Positions 18,115 to 26,703 of a stretch of 63,114 bases of DNA are shown here, one piece after another (the first letter of the stretch is position 1; every line of letters begins with the position of its first letter). The stretch is taken from contig CANRVK010000001.1 in assembly GCA_947643285.1 (NCBI GenBank), forward strand, positions 1 to 63,114, in the 5' to 3' direction. Made by a program: the position numbers and the translations under genes. The DNA is from an uncultured Eubacteriaceae bacterium (lineage in GTDB: Bacteria; Bacillota; Clostridia; Lachnospirales; Lachnospiraceae). The notes below the pieces were generated by a model. That model was not told where the DNA came from and searched no databases. It saw only the letters and a program-made list of their open reading frames with translations.

Positions 18115-18612
18115 ATGAATTTACGAAAATTAAAGGAAAAAGATGCAGAATTTATGCTGGAATGGATGCAAGATCATGAAGTCATAAAAGATTTATTTAC
18201 CGATTTTTCAAAAAAAACTATAGATGATTGTATTTCTTTTATTCAAGAAAGCATAACAGATCGTGAAAATATTCATTTAGCTATTGTGGACGATAAGGAC
18301 ACTTATATGGGAACAGTTAGTTTGAAACATATGAATACAGACCTAAAAAGTGCAGAATTTGCGATTACCATAAGAAAGAGAGCTATGGGAAAAGGTTATT
18401 CTATCTTTGGAATGAATCAGATATTTGAAATAGCCAAAAAAGAATGGAACTTAGATATAGTATATTGGTGTGTTTTAAAGAAAAATTTGAGAGCAATTAG
18501 ATTTTATGATAAGTATAAATTTGAATTGTGTTCCAATATTCCTTCTATTTATAAGAAATTTTATGAAAAAGATATATTGGAAAATTTGATTTGGTATAGG
18601 AAACAACTTTAG
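18115..18612 (+). CDS. GNAT-family N-acyltransferase (probable amino-sugar N-acetyltransferase)
   Basis: 165 aa. It has a RimL/RimJ-like GNAT pattern (AITIRKRAMGKGYS) and sits after the isomerase and aminotransferase. Confidence 0.6.
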   Translation: MNLRKLKEKDAEFMLEWMQDHEVIKDLFTDFSKKTIDDCISFIQESITDRENIHLAIVDDKDTYMGTVSLKHMNTDLKSAEFAITIRKRAMGKGYSIFGMNQIFEIAKKEWNLDIVYWCVLKKNLRAIRFYDKYKFELCSNIPSIYKKFYEKDILENLIWYRKQL

Positions 18613-18718
18613 TTTATATAGAAAAGATGAGCTAGATAGAGATGAAAGTGTTTTTTATATAGAACTTTTTTAAGGAGTAGTATATAATAAAAAAATTTTA
18701 ATTTATGGAGAAAAAATA

Positions 18719-19399
18719 ATGAAGATTGTTGCTGTTGTACCTATGAAATTAAATAGTAGCAGATTACCACAAAAAAATATAAAATGTTTTACAAATGGGA
18801 AACCACTTTGTTATTATATTTTGTCTACACTTTTATTATTAAGACACTCTATTGATGAAGTGTATGTTTATTGTAGTAACCCTGATATTCAAAATTATCT
18901 TCCAAAAGGAGTAAATTATTTGATGCGTTCAGAGCAATTAGATCAGGATAGTACAAAAATAAATGAAGTGCTTCAATGTTTTGCAAAAGATGTTTCAGCA
19001 GATATATATGTGATGGCACATACTACAGCACCATTTGTTACAGCAAAAAGTATTGAAAAAGGATTAAATGCAGTTTATTCAGGAAGTTATGACTCTGCAT
19101 TCGCAGCAAAAAAAATACAAGATTTTTTGTGGAAAGATGGTATACCATTTAATTATAATCTTAATTGTATTCCAAGAACGCAGGATTTACCCCTTTATTA
19201 TGAAGAAACCAGTGGATTTTATATTTATCGTTCAGAAATTATAACGGAATTTAATCGAAGGATTGGAAGGAATCCATATATTGTGGAAGTAGGTGAAATA
19301 GAGGGAATTGATATAGATGAACCAGAGGACTTTGAGATTGCAGATGCAGTTTTTAATTATTTTAGATATCAGAAGGAAAAAAAGAAAGAATACATTTAA
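18719..19399 (+). CDS. Acylneuraminate-cytidylyltransferase-family (CTP_transf_3; NeuA/SpsF-like) CMP-sugar synthetase
   Basis: The N-terminus KIVAVVPMKLNSSRLPQKNIK and the stretch PRTQDLPLYYEETSGFYIY match the NeuA-type layout. Confidence 0.7.
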   Translation: MKIVAVVPMKLNSSRLPQKNIKCFTNGKPLCYYILSTLLLLRHSIDEVYVYCSNPDIQNYLPKGVNYLMRSEQLDQDSTKINEVLQCFAKDVSADIYVMAHTTAPFVTAKSIEKGLNAVYSGSYDSAFAAKKIQDFLWKDGIPFNYNLNCIPRTQDLPLYYEETSGFYIYRSEIITEFNRRIGRNPYIVEVGEIEGIDIDEPEDFEIADAVFNYFRYQKEKKKEYI

Positions 19400-19411
19400 G
19401 AGGAAAGAAAA

Positions 19412-21001
19412 ATGTCAAAAATCGAGATATTGGATTGTACGCTTCGAGATGGTGGATACGTAAATAATTGGAGCTTTGGAACAAAAATGATTAGTAAAAT
19501 AGCAGAGAATATTAGTATGGCTGCTGTAGAATTAATCGAATGTGGTTTTCTTAGTCAACAAAAAGAAAGTTCTTCAGAAAAAAGTATTTTTTATACGATT
19601 TCGGAAGCAGAGAAGTATTTTGAAAGAGTGAAACAAAATAATTTACTTCTTATGATTAATAGCGGAGAATATTGTATAGATGAGATAGAGGCTTATTCTG
19701 GTGGAAAAATAAAATCCATACGTATTGCCTTTCACAAACATCAATTAGATGAAGCACAAACAATGTGTTTAAAATTACAAGATAAAGGATATAAAGTATT
19801 TTTCCAGCCAATGGTCACAATGCGTTATACAGATGAAGAATTGCTGAAGTTAATCAAATGGGCAAATGAAAGTAAGCCAGAAGCATTTTATATAGTAGAT
19901 AGTTTCGGTACAATGAGAAAAAAGGATATTCTTAGAATGTTTTATTTAATTGATAATAATCTTTGTAAAACTATAAAAATAGGATTTCATTCTCATAATA
20001 ATCTACAACTTTCTTTTTCTAATGCACAAGAATTGATTGCATTACATTCAGAACGTAAAATTATTATTGATACTTCTGTGTTTGGAATGGGAAGAGGAGC
20101 AGGTAATCTTTGCACAGAATTGATGCTTCAATATATTAATGAAAATATTGAAAATAAATATAATATTTTGCCTATTTTAGAAATCATGGACGAGCATATT
20201 ATGCCAATTTTCAAGACACATTCATGGGGGTATTCTGTACCTTATTATATTGCAGCTGTAAATGATTGTCATCCAAATTATGCCACATATTTAACAAGTA
20301 TGCAGACATTGTTTATAAAAGATATTAATCATATTATGAGAAAAATTCAGCCAGAGAAACGATATTTGTTTGATAAGGATTATATTGATCAATTATATTT
20401 TGAATATCAAAAAAATTTGATAGATGATACAGAAGCAATTGAGAAAATCAAAACTCTTTGTTTTAATCAAAATGTTTTAGTTTTAGCTCCAGGAAAAACA
20501 TTAATAACACATAGAAAGAAAATTTTACAATATATTAAAGAAAAAAATCCGATTATTATTAGTATTAATCATATTTCTGATTTTGTATCATGTGATAGAA
20601 TATTTATAAGCAATTTAAAACGTTTTAGAGAAATTAAGGATGAGGTTAGACAGATTGAAAATAGGATAATTTGTACGTCTAATATTGTATGTGAAGAAAA
20701 AGTTTGTGTTGTAAATTATTCTTCTTATATAGAGGAAGAAGGAACTATATCTGATAATTCAGGTATTATGATGTTAAATATTTTAAAAAGTGCAAAGGTG
20801 AAAAAGGTTGCATTAGCAGGATATGATGGTTTTGATGATAATTGCTTTAATAATTATTATGATGAAAAAATGATAGGTAGTATTGATTTTGAAAAAATGA
20901 ATGATATTAATCGTGCTATTATTACTTATTTAAAAAGAAATAGGGATAGTTTAGATGTGATATTTATTACACCTTCCTTATATGAAAAGTATAAAGGATA
21001 A
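19412..21001 (+). CDS. HMGL-like (pyruvate-utilising TIM-barrel aldolase/synthase) domain fused to a Rossmann-like C-terminal domain resembling DUF115/Maf or GT42
   Basis: The N-terminus IEILDCTLRDGGYVNNW...HSHNNLQL is the HMGL-like DRE-TIM pattern. The C-terminal half has VLVLAPGKTL...IIISINH...DRIFISN...KKVALAGYDGFD, which resembles the nucleotide-binding pattern of DUF115/CstII-like proteins. The C-domain call is from recollection. Confidence 0.5.
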   Translation: MSKIEILDCTLRDGGYVNNWSFGTKMISKIAENISMAAVELIECGFLSQQKESSSEKSIFYTISEAEKYFERVKQNNLLLMINSGEYCIDEIEAYSGGKIKSIRIAFHKHQLDEAQTMCLKLQDKGYKVFFQPMVTMRYTDEELLKLIKWANESKPEAFYIVDSFGTMRKKDILRMFYLIDNNLCKTIKIGFHSHNNLQLSFSNAQELIALHSERKIIIDTSVFGMGRGAGNLCTELMLQYINENIENKYNILPILEIMDEHIMPIFKTHSWGYSVPYYIAAVNDCHPNYATYLTSMQTLFIKDINHIMRKIQPEKRYLFDKDYIDQLYFEYQKNLIDDTEAIEKIKTLCFNQNVLVLAPGKTLITHRKKILQYIKEKNPIIISINHISDFVSCDRIFISNLKRFREIKDEVRQIENRIICTSNIVCEEKVCVVNYSSYIEEEGTISDNSGIMMLNILKSAKVKKVALAGYDGFDDNCFNNYYDEKMIGSIDFEKMNDINRAIITYLKRNRDSLDVIFITPSLYEKYKG

Positions 21002-21670
21002 TAATTTCATATATTTATTGTAGAAATATATAAATTATTATTTATAATGATCTATTTAAAAAAGAATATAGAGAACTTTTTAGAAAATGTATATTTATTT
21101 ATTATAGTGACTGCTAGTTGTTTTATTATGTTAGCATTAACTCCTCGGTCATGTATCAGGTGAGATATTTCATTTTTCAAAAAGTTGTGTTATAGCAAAT
21201 GAAAATATTGCATAAAAACAAGATGAAAAAAGTGTAGCTCTTCAAAAGGATATATAATTTTTTAATAAATATACTAAAAATATTATTCTTTGGAAGATAC
21301 AGTATTTGCAATAAGCTATTTTCGAGATATGAAAGATAAATTGGATTAAAAACGAGATAAGGTTTTATATGGTGGATATACAATAGATAATTTAAAAGCT
21401 TTATTTTACATTTCATTAGCTATTATACTTTGGATTGTACAATATGTAGGTAAAATACCAATTTTAATAATATTTAAAATTAATGATCTAATATTTAGGT
21501 ATGCATTTATTTAATAAGAAAATAATTAGAAGATTTGTATATTCAATAAATTATAGACCAAAATTATATCACATATAGTTCCTCTGTCTTAATAAACCTT
21601 TAATTCTATGTAAAAACCCTGATATATAAAAAAATAATTTATGTTATATACCATTCAGTCTTTTCATAAG

Positions 21671-21804
21671 TTAGAACAGTCAACAACCGAGCGGAGGCAA
21701 GGAAATATTCCAAAAGAAGCCCCTTGGAAGACGTCGGTACTAAATTCGCAGTTCCGCAGGAAGCGGAGCTGCGAATTTAGTACCGCTACGTCTGGAACGG
21801 AGCG
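21671..21804 (-). repeat. Structured palindromic element, copy 1 left part (interrupted by the IS4 element)
   Basis: TTAGAACAGTCAACAACCGAGCGGAGGCAAGGAAATATTCCAAAAGAAGCCCCTTGGAAGACGTCGGTACTAAATTCGCAG...CTGCGAATTTAGTACCGCTACGTCTGGAACGGAGCG. The strand field gives the strand carrying the A-form consensus defined in the findings. Confidence 0.85.
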
Positions 21805-23366
21805 CAATGTCATTAAGTTAAAAAAATGACCCTTGAGAATAAAATAAAAATCTCAAATTTTTGAGTATTATGCGGATTTTAGCATACTTTAATAAAACAG
21901 ATGGAAATCTGCCTCAACTTATGTTATACTTTCTATGATTCACATCGATCTGTAATTAAATTTATGTGGTCGCTGTGTTGATTTTTTTCTTAAGCTGCTT
22001 CGGTCTGGGCGGATTGGGAGCAGCTCTCTTGAAATAAGAAAATCTGCATTCTTGGAAAGCATATTCCCACATAATTTCAAAAATTTGCAGCATATATGGA
22101 TTGCATTTGTAATGTTAAGCTGACAAATATATTTACTTTGATACGTTCTTTTGGTTAACTGATTGGTAACTGCTCTGGAATAATTGGAAAGAATCAATCG
22201 TGCCCATAGTTCCATTTCGATCGCCTCCACTTTTTTAGAATGAAAATCCAAAAGACCAACGGAATACTTTAAATGCCGAAAAGATGTTTCGATCCCCCAG
22301 CGCATATGATAGAGTTCTTTTAATGAATTCTTATCAAATTTATCAGAAGGAAGATTAGTCAGCAAACATTCGTATGCCCCATTTCCCAGCGGAATCCTTA
22401 CCACGCGAAATGCCATATGGTATTCTTTTACATTTTCATTCAAAAAATATGGTGTAGAAGTGGAATGAACTCTGTGATATGCTTCCAGGTTACTTCTAAG
22501 GTTAGATCGTATTTTGTGTACGAATATTTTGTCATAGATAAAATCGAATTCTTCTTCGTCAGGATGGGAAATTCCTTTTAATATACCACCTGTATTCCAA
22601 TCTTTTGCTCGTATCAGAAAAAACTGGTTCTTACTGGCAATATGAGCCATAAGAGAGTATTCTTGATAGCCTCTGTCAAAGATAAAAATAGAATGAGGAG
22701 CAAATGAATGTTTCTCAAAAAGGTGATGGAAAGCATTTCTTTCATTATGTCCTTTCCTTGGCTCGATATATGCTGCTGCATATTGATGGTTCATCAAGTT
22801 ATAAACGGCATTGAGATGAAGCTGATGGTAGCATTGCTGCCCCTTTCTACAGAAATAGCGATAGGCTTTGTTTTCTTTTTCAAGAGGGATGAGAAGAACA
22901 GAGCCATCTACAGCAAATAGGGAAAAACCATGATATTGCTGAGAAGAAAACTCCTTGGAAAATGCATGAAAAAGATGCTCAAAAGCAACTGGTTTCAATT
23001 TATCCCGCTGTTGAACAAAGGCAGAAGAGGTAGGTGTATCAATAGAGTAATCAAAAAACTTTTGTAATTCACTGGATATAGAACCACGTTCCATAGAGAT
23101 TAGGGACATGATTGTATTTTGGAAAGAAAGTTTTGAATTTCGGCTGAAATCTTGAAAGGGTCTTTTCACAAAATCCTCTTTATGTTGTGCCATCTGTTCG
23201 ACATGTTTCCATAATAAGTTTTTTACAGATAAGGAAATATTCATATGCTGTACCTCCAAAATGTATCTATTTAGAGACTACACAACATTTTTTTAAGCAT
23301 TTGTCAAGCACTTTTTTGAGATTTTTATTTCATTATCAAGGTACTTTTCTTAACTTAATGACATTG
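21805..23366 (-). mobile_element. IS4-family insertion sequence with terminal inverted repeats and a 10-bp target-site duplication
   Basis: The left end CAATGTCATTAAGTTAA (21805-) is the reverse complement of the right end TTAACTTAATGACATTG (-23366). The direct repeat GAACGGAGCG lies at 21795-21804 and 23367-23376. A single transposase ORF lies inside. Confidence 0.9.
21940..23259 (-). CDS. IS4-family DDE transposase
   Basis: FAVDGS, IFIFDRGY and YHMRWGIETSFRHLK (the Y-2-R-3-E-6-K signature of the IS4 family) are present. 439 aa. Confidence 0.9.
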   Translation of the reverse strand: MEVQHMNISLSVKNLLWKHVEQMAQHKEDFVKRPFQDFSRNSKLSFQNTIMSLISMERGSISSELQKFFDYSIDTPTSSAFVQQRDKLKPVAFEHLFHAFSKEFSSQQYHGFSLFAVDGSVLLIPLEKENKAYRYFCRKGQQCYHQLHLNAVYNLMNHQYAAAYIEPRKGHNERNAFHHLFEKHSFAPHSIFIFDRGYQEYSLMAHIASKNQFFLIRAKDWNTGGILKGISHPDEEEFDFIYDKIFVHKIRSNLRSNLEAYHRVHSTSTPYFLNENVKEYHMAFRVVRIPLGNGAYECLLTNLPSDKFDKNSLKELYHMRWGIETSFRHLKYSVGLLDFHSKKVEAIEMELWARLILSNYSRAVTNQLTKRTYQSKYICQLNITNAIHICCKFLKLCGNMLSKNADFLISRELLPIRPDRSSLRKKSTQRPHKFNYRSM

Positions 23367-23445
23367 GAACGGAGCGAAAGCGTGGCTTCGCTGGAATATT
23401 TCCTTGCCGTAGCGCCCCTTTCGTCAAAATGTTCTCTTCCCTTTT
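23367..23445 (-). repeat. Structured palindromic element, copy 1 right part
   Basis: GAACGGAGCGAAAGCGTGGCTTCGCTGGAATATTTCCTTGCCGTAGCGCCCCTTTCGTCAAAATGTTCTC continues the consensus exactly where the left part stops. Confidence 0.85.
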
Positions 23446-23539
23446 TCCTTAATTTCGCTCTTATTAAGGATAAAATTGGAATTATAGCTAAATAATAGCA
23501 ATTTATAAATATTTAATAGATTTTTCATTCATTCATTGC

Positions 23540-23568
23540 TTGACTTTTTTTTCACAAAATGAGATAAT
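23540..23568 (+). promoter_or_regulatory. Sigma-A-type promoter upstream of pckA
   Basis: TTGACT (23540-23545), a 17-nt spacer, then GATAAT (23563-23568). Confidence 0.5.
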
Positions 23569-23602
23569 AAAAAAAATTTGATATGATTAAGGAGGAATTA
23601 AA

Positions 23603-25276
23603 ATGTCAACAAAAGCTTATTATCCAATCAGTGAAATCGGTGCTAACAAGCCGGGTTTTTCTAGAACACGTTCTATTATTGAAACAGCTTTTTATGGAAA
23701 CAATGTAGTAAAAGTAAACACATTAAAACAGGCATATGAACTGGCAAAAAATTCTCCGGGAACAATTGTTACAGATATGCCTGTATATAGAGGAGAAGAA
23801 TTTGGTCTTGAAAAGGATGCAAAAGTTCTTTTATTCAATGATGGTTCAATCACAGGACGTTATGCAGCAGCTAGAAGAATAGCTGGAGAACCGAATGTAA
23901 ATTGTGATGAATTAGATAAAATGGTGATGGATGCTGTATATGATATAAGATGGAAAAAAATGTATCATGCAGAAGTATATGTTGGACTTGATCCAGAATT
24001 TATGGTGAAAGCTCATTTATTGATTCCAGAAGGCGAAGAAAATCTCATGTATTCTTGGATGTTAAATTTCCAATATATGTCTGATGATTATGTGAAGATG
24101 TATAAAGATTCTAAACCGGTAGGAGATGGAAAAGAGCCAGATATCTATATTTTCTCCAATCCTCAATGGCCGGGAACAAATAAGCCTGGATATGATCCAA
24201 AATGCTTATGCTATTTTAATACAGACCAAAACTGTGCTGCTATCTTAGGAATGAGATATTTCGGAGAACATAAAAAAGGCACATTGACGATGGCTTGGGC
24301 TATTGCAAATCGTAATGGATATGCTTCTTGTCATGGCGGACAGAAAGAATATTTACTGGCAGATGGAAAGAAATATGTTGCTTCTGTATTCGGTTTATCT
24401 GGTTCTGGAAAATCCACTCTCACTCATGCAAAACATGGCGGAAAATATGAAATTAAAGTGCTTCATGATGACGCATTTATCATCAATTCTGATACCTGTG
24501 CTTCTATCGCATTAGAGCCTACATATTTTGATAAAACTCAAGATTATCCGACAGGCTGTGATGATAATAAGTATCTTTTAACCGTTATGAACAATGCAGC
24601 AACTTTAGATGAAGAAGGTAAGATTCAGCTTGTGACCGAAGATATCCGCAATGGAAATGGACGTGCTATTAAATCTAAATTGTGGTCTCCAAACCGTGTA
24701 GACAAAATTGATGCTCCTGTAAATGCTATTTTCTGGATTATGAAAGATCCTACCATTCCTCCTGTAGTGAAATTAAAAGGTGCATCATTAGCATCTGTGA
24801 TGGGAGCAACTCTTGCTACAAAGAGATCTTCTGCAGAAAGACTGGCAGAGGGTGTAGATCCGAATGCATTAGTAGTAGTTCCTTATGCTAATCCATTTAG
24901 AACTTATCCATTAGCAAATGACTATGAAAAATTCAAAAAATTAGTTGCTGAGAAAAATGTAGACTGTTATATCGTGAATACCGGAGATTTCATGGGTAAA
25001 AAAGTAAAACCTGCTGATACTCTTGGAATTTTGGAAGCGATTGTAGAAGGAAAAGCAGAATTTAAACAATGGGGACCTTTCTCTGATATCGAAATTTTTG
25101 AATGGGAAGGTTTTATACCAGATATGAACGATGCAAATTATCTAGAACAATTAAAAGCTCGTATGCAGGATAGAGTGAAATTTGTAACATCTTGTGATAC
25201 CGCAAAAGAAGGTTACGATAAACTTCCAGAAGATGCTATTGCAGCTATTCAAAAAGTTGTCGATGAATTAAAATAA
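23603..25276 (+). CDS. pckA: Phosphoenolpyruvate carboxykinase (ATP)
   Basis: 557 aa with the kinase-1a loop FGLSGSGKSTLTH and overall PEPCK-ATP-like length. A strong RBS TAAGGAGGA precedes the start. Confidence 0.8.
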   Translation: MSTKAYYPISEIGANKPGFSRTRSIIETAFYGNNVVKVNTLKQAYELAKNSPGTIVTDMPVYRGEEFGLEKDAKVLLFNDGSITGRYAAARRIAGEPNVNCDELDKMVMDAVYDIRWKKMYHAEVYVGLDPEFMVKAHLLIPEGEENLMYSWMLNFQYMSDDYVKMYKDSKPVGDGKEPDIYIFSNPQWPGTNKPGYDPKCLCYFNTDQNCAAILGMRYFGEHKKGTLTMAWAIANRNGYASCHGGQKEYLLADGKKYVASVFGLSGSGKSTLTHAKHGGKYEIKVLHDDAFIINSDTCASIALEPTYFDKTQDYPTGCDDNKYLLTVMNNAATLDEEGKIQLVTEDIRNGNGRAIKSKLWSPNRVDKIDAPVNAIFWIMKDPTIPPVVKLKGASLASVMGATLATKRSSAERLAEGVDPNALVVVPYANPFRTYPLANDYEKFKKLVAEKNVDCYIVNTGDFMGKKVKPADTLGILEAIVEGKAEFKQWGPFSDIEIFEWEGFIPDMNDANYLEQLKARMQDRVKFVTSCDTAKEGYDKLPEDAIAAIQKVVDELK

Positions 25277-25329
25277 AAAGATAAAAATATTTGACAAAAT
25301 TGGAAAAGAGTAGAAATAGATAGAATGAC

Positions 25330-25380
25330 AAAAAGACTGCTGCAAAAAATTATCGCGAGATTTTTTGTAGGGGTCTTTTT
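25330..25380 (+). terminator. Probable intrinsic terminator after pckA
   Basis: AAAAAGAC..GCAAAAAAT-loop-ATTTTTTGTAGGGGTCTTTTT forms a long imperfect hairpin ending in a T-run. Confidence 0.5.
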
Positions 25381-25577
25381 GTGTTATAATAACTTAATCT
25401 GCGGAATTTGTAGACATTTATGATTAGTTATCATGCAAAAAGTGTGTTATCCTAAAAAAATAAACAATATTTTAATTTTTTCTATAAAAATATTATAAAA
25501 TAAAGCGATTATTCCGATAAATATAGAAAATTATAATGTAAATTTTTAGCAAATTTATCTGATTTGGAGGCAGCAAA

Positions 25578-26024
25578 ATGGAAACCGAAAAAAATCGATT
25601 GAATAAAAAAGGTCAAGTGCGAAATTGTAAGCGTTGCGGAAGAGTATTTCACTATTTTGGTTATGGCTATGGATATTGTGAACGATGTACCAAAATTGAT
25701 AATGAAACATTTCATAAAGTGAAAGAATATATTTGGACTCATGCTAATGCTACGGTATTAGAAGTGAGTGGTGCTCTTGGAGTGAGTGAAAGGCAAATAT
25801 ATCAATATTTAAGAGATAGCCGATTAGAAGTTCCAGAAGATTCTCCTATTTTCCTGAAATGTGAGATCTGCAATACAGATATTCGATATGGCAGATATTG
25901 CCCTGAGTGTGCGATACAGATGAACAAAGATTTCACTAGCAATATTCGGGCTGACAATTTTGAAATAGGAGAAAAGCCAAAAAATATGAAAGGAAGAATG
26001 CATTATCTCTCTTCAAAAGATTAA
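25578..26024 (+). CDS. Zinc-ribbon protein resembling the YvyF/TIGR03826 flagellar-region family
   Basis: VRNCKRCGRVF...CERC at the N-terminus, a central helix-turn-helix-like VLEVSGALGVSERQIYQYL, and a second CxxC...CPEC pair. The family was recalled, not searched. Confidence 0.4.
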   Translation: METEKNRLNKKGQVRNCKRCGRVFHYFGYGYGYCERCTKIDNETFHKVKEYIWTHANATVLEVSGALGVSERQIYQYLRDSRLEVPEDSPIFLKCEICNTDIRYGRYCPECAIQMNKDFTSNIRADNFEIGEKPKNMKGRMHYLSSKD

Positions 26025-26112
26025 GAAAATATCCGTTTACACTATTATTTTAACTCTCTATAAAGTATGATTTAAATAAAAGTAGGAATAAAATTTTTGT
26101 ATTCTAAATGAT

Positions 26113-26140
26113 AATGCGCTTTTAAGCGCATTTTTATTTA
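26113..26140 (+). terminator. Intrinsic terminator
   Basis: AATGCGCTT-tt-AAGCGCATT followed by TTTATTTATTTTT. Confidence 0.65.
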
Positions 26141-26259
26141 TTTTTAGTTTATTCTTAGTATTTCAGGCATAAAGAGAAGACAGGATAATATATATATTAT
26201 AGGAAATACAGGATTTTTCATATTTTACTAAAATTACTAAGGAATACGACAAATTAAAC

Positions 26260-26288
26260 TTGAAAAATTGGATAGAATACAGTATAAT
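26260..26288 (+). promoter_or_regulatory. Near-consensus sigma-A promoter driving the candidate RNA
   Basis: TTGAAA (26260-26265), a 17-nt spacer, then TATAAT (26283-26288). Confidence 0.6.
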
Positions 26289-26294
26289 AATTTA

Positions 26295-26527
26295 TAGAAA
26301 AAATAGTTCTGTTTCCTGAGGTGTTCGATACTCTTATTTTTTTGAACCTACATTTACGATTATGGGATTCCTATATTGCTGGTCAGGATGTCAAGCCTCC
26401 TCTGAGTGGAAGGCAGAATGTCAGCTGCGGTCACCCACCTAGCTGTGGCTAGGCGTCAAAATAATAAGAAACGGCATTTTGGGGCATAACAAAAGAAGAA
26501 AAAGCAGTCTTTGGACTGCTTTTTTTA
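26295..26527 (+). ncRNA. Candidate structured small RNA or cis-regulatory leader of unknown class
   Basis: It is bounded by the promoter above and by the terminator AAAGCAGTC-tttg-GACTGCTTT+TTTT (26501-26527). It contains local hairpins (GCCTCC-tctgagt-GGAAGGC, CCTAGC-tgtg-GCTAGG) and a possible closing helix (CTTATTTTTTT near 26333 with AAAATAATAAG near 26459). No convincing ORF or RBS is present. Confidence 0.4.
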
Positions 26528-26703
26528 ATTATGCGAAGACCCGTACAGAGGAAATACGCCGCTAAGGCGCGCACGGGTCGCGCGGCGAGTAAGGAAGATG
26601 TCTCTTCCCTACTCGATTTCTATTTTTTGACATTTTTGATACATTTTTTTATTCTGAAAATCATATAATAGAAAAACAGTTGTCCAAAGTTTAGGGAGAG
26701 ATC

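Noticed and set aside
21002-21670. Possible decayed gene at the end of the glycan locus: a 38-codon hydrophobic ORF starting near 21048 and the minus-strand ORF 21177-21416.
   Set aside because: Only short, stop-riddled hydrophobic fragments are present in extremely AT-rich sequence. It may be the remnant of a membrane protein gene, but there is nothing that can be supported.
21641-21829. Short ORF-track ORFs lying on the palindromic elements (21641-21829, 38845-39063, 44578-44763, 49989-50306, 54361-54624, 61311-61493).
   Set aside because: They are translations of the repeat itself in different frames and orientations. They have no consistent start codon or RBS, and copy-to-copy differences follow base-pairing rather than codon structure.
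26295-26527. Naming the candidate RNA as SRP RNA, 6S RNA, or a TPP or c-di-AMP riboswitch.
   Set aside because: Only short fragments match (GGUCAGG, UUGAACCU, GUCAGCU). Hallmark motifs such as the SRP GGAA tetraloop helix, the TPP CUGAGA...CCAGCG pairing partners and the ydaO GGGGA/ACCCG boxes are absent.
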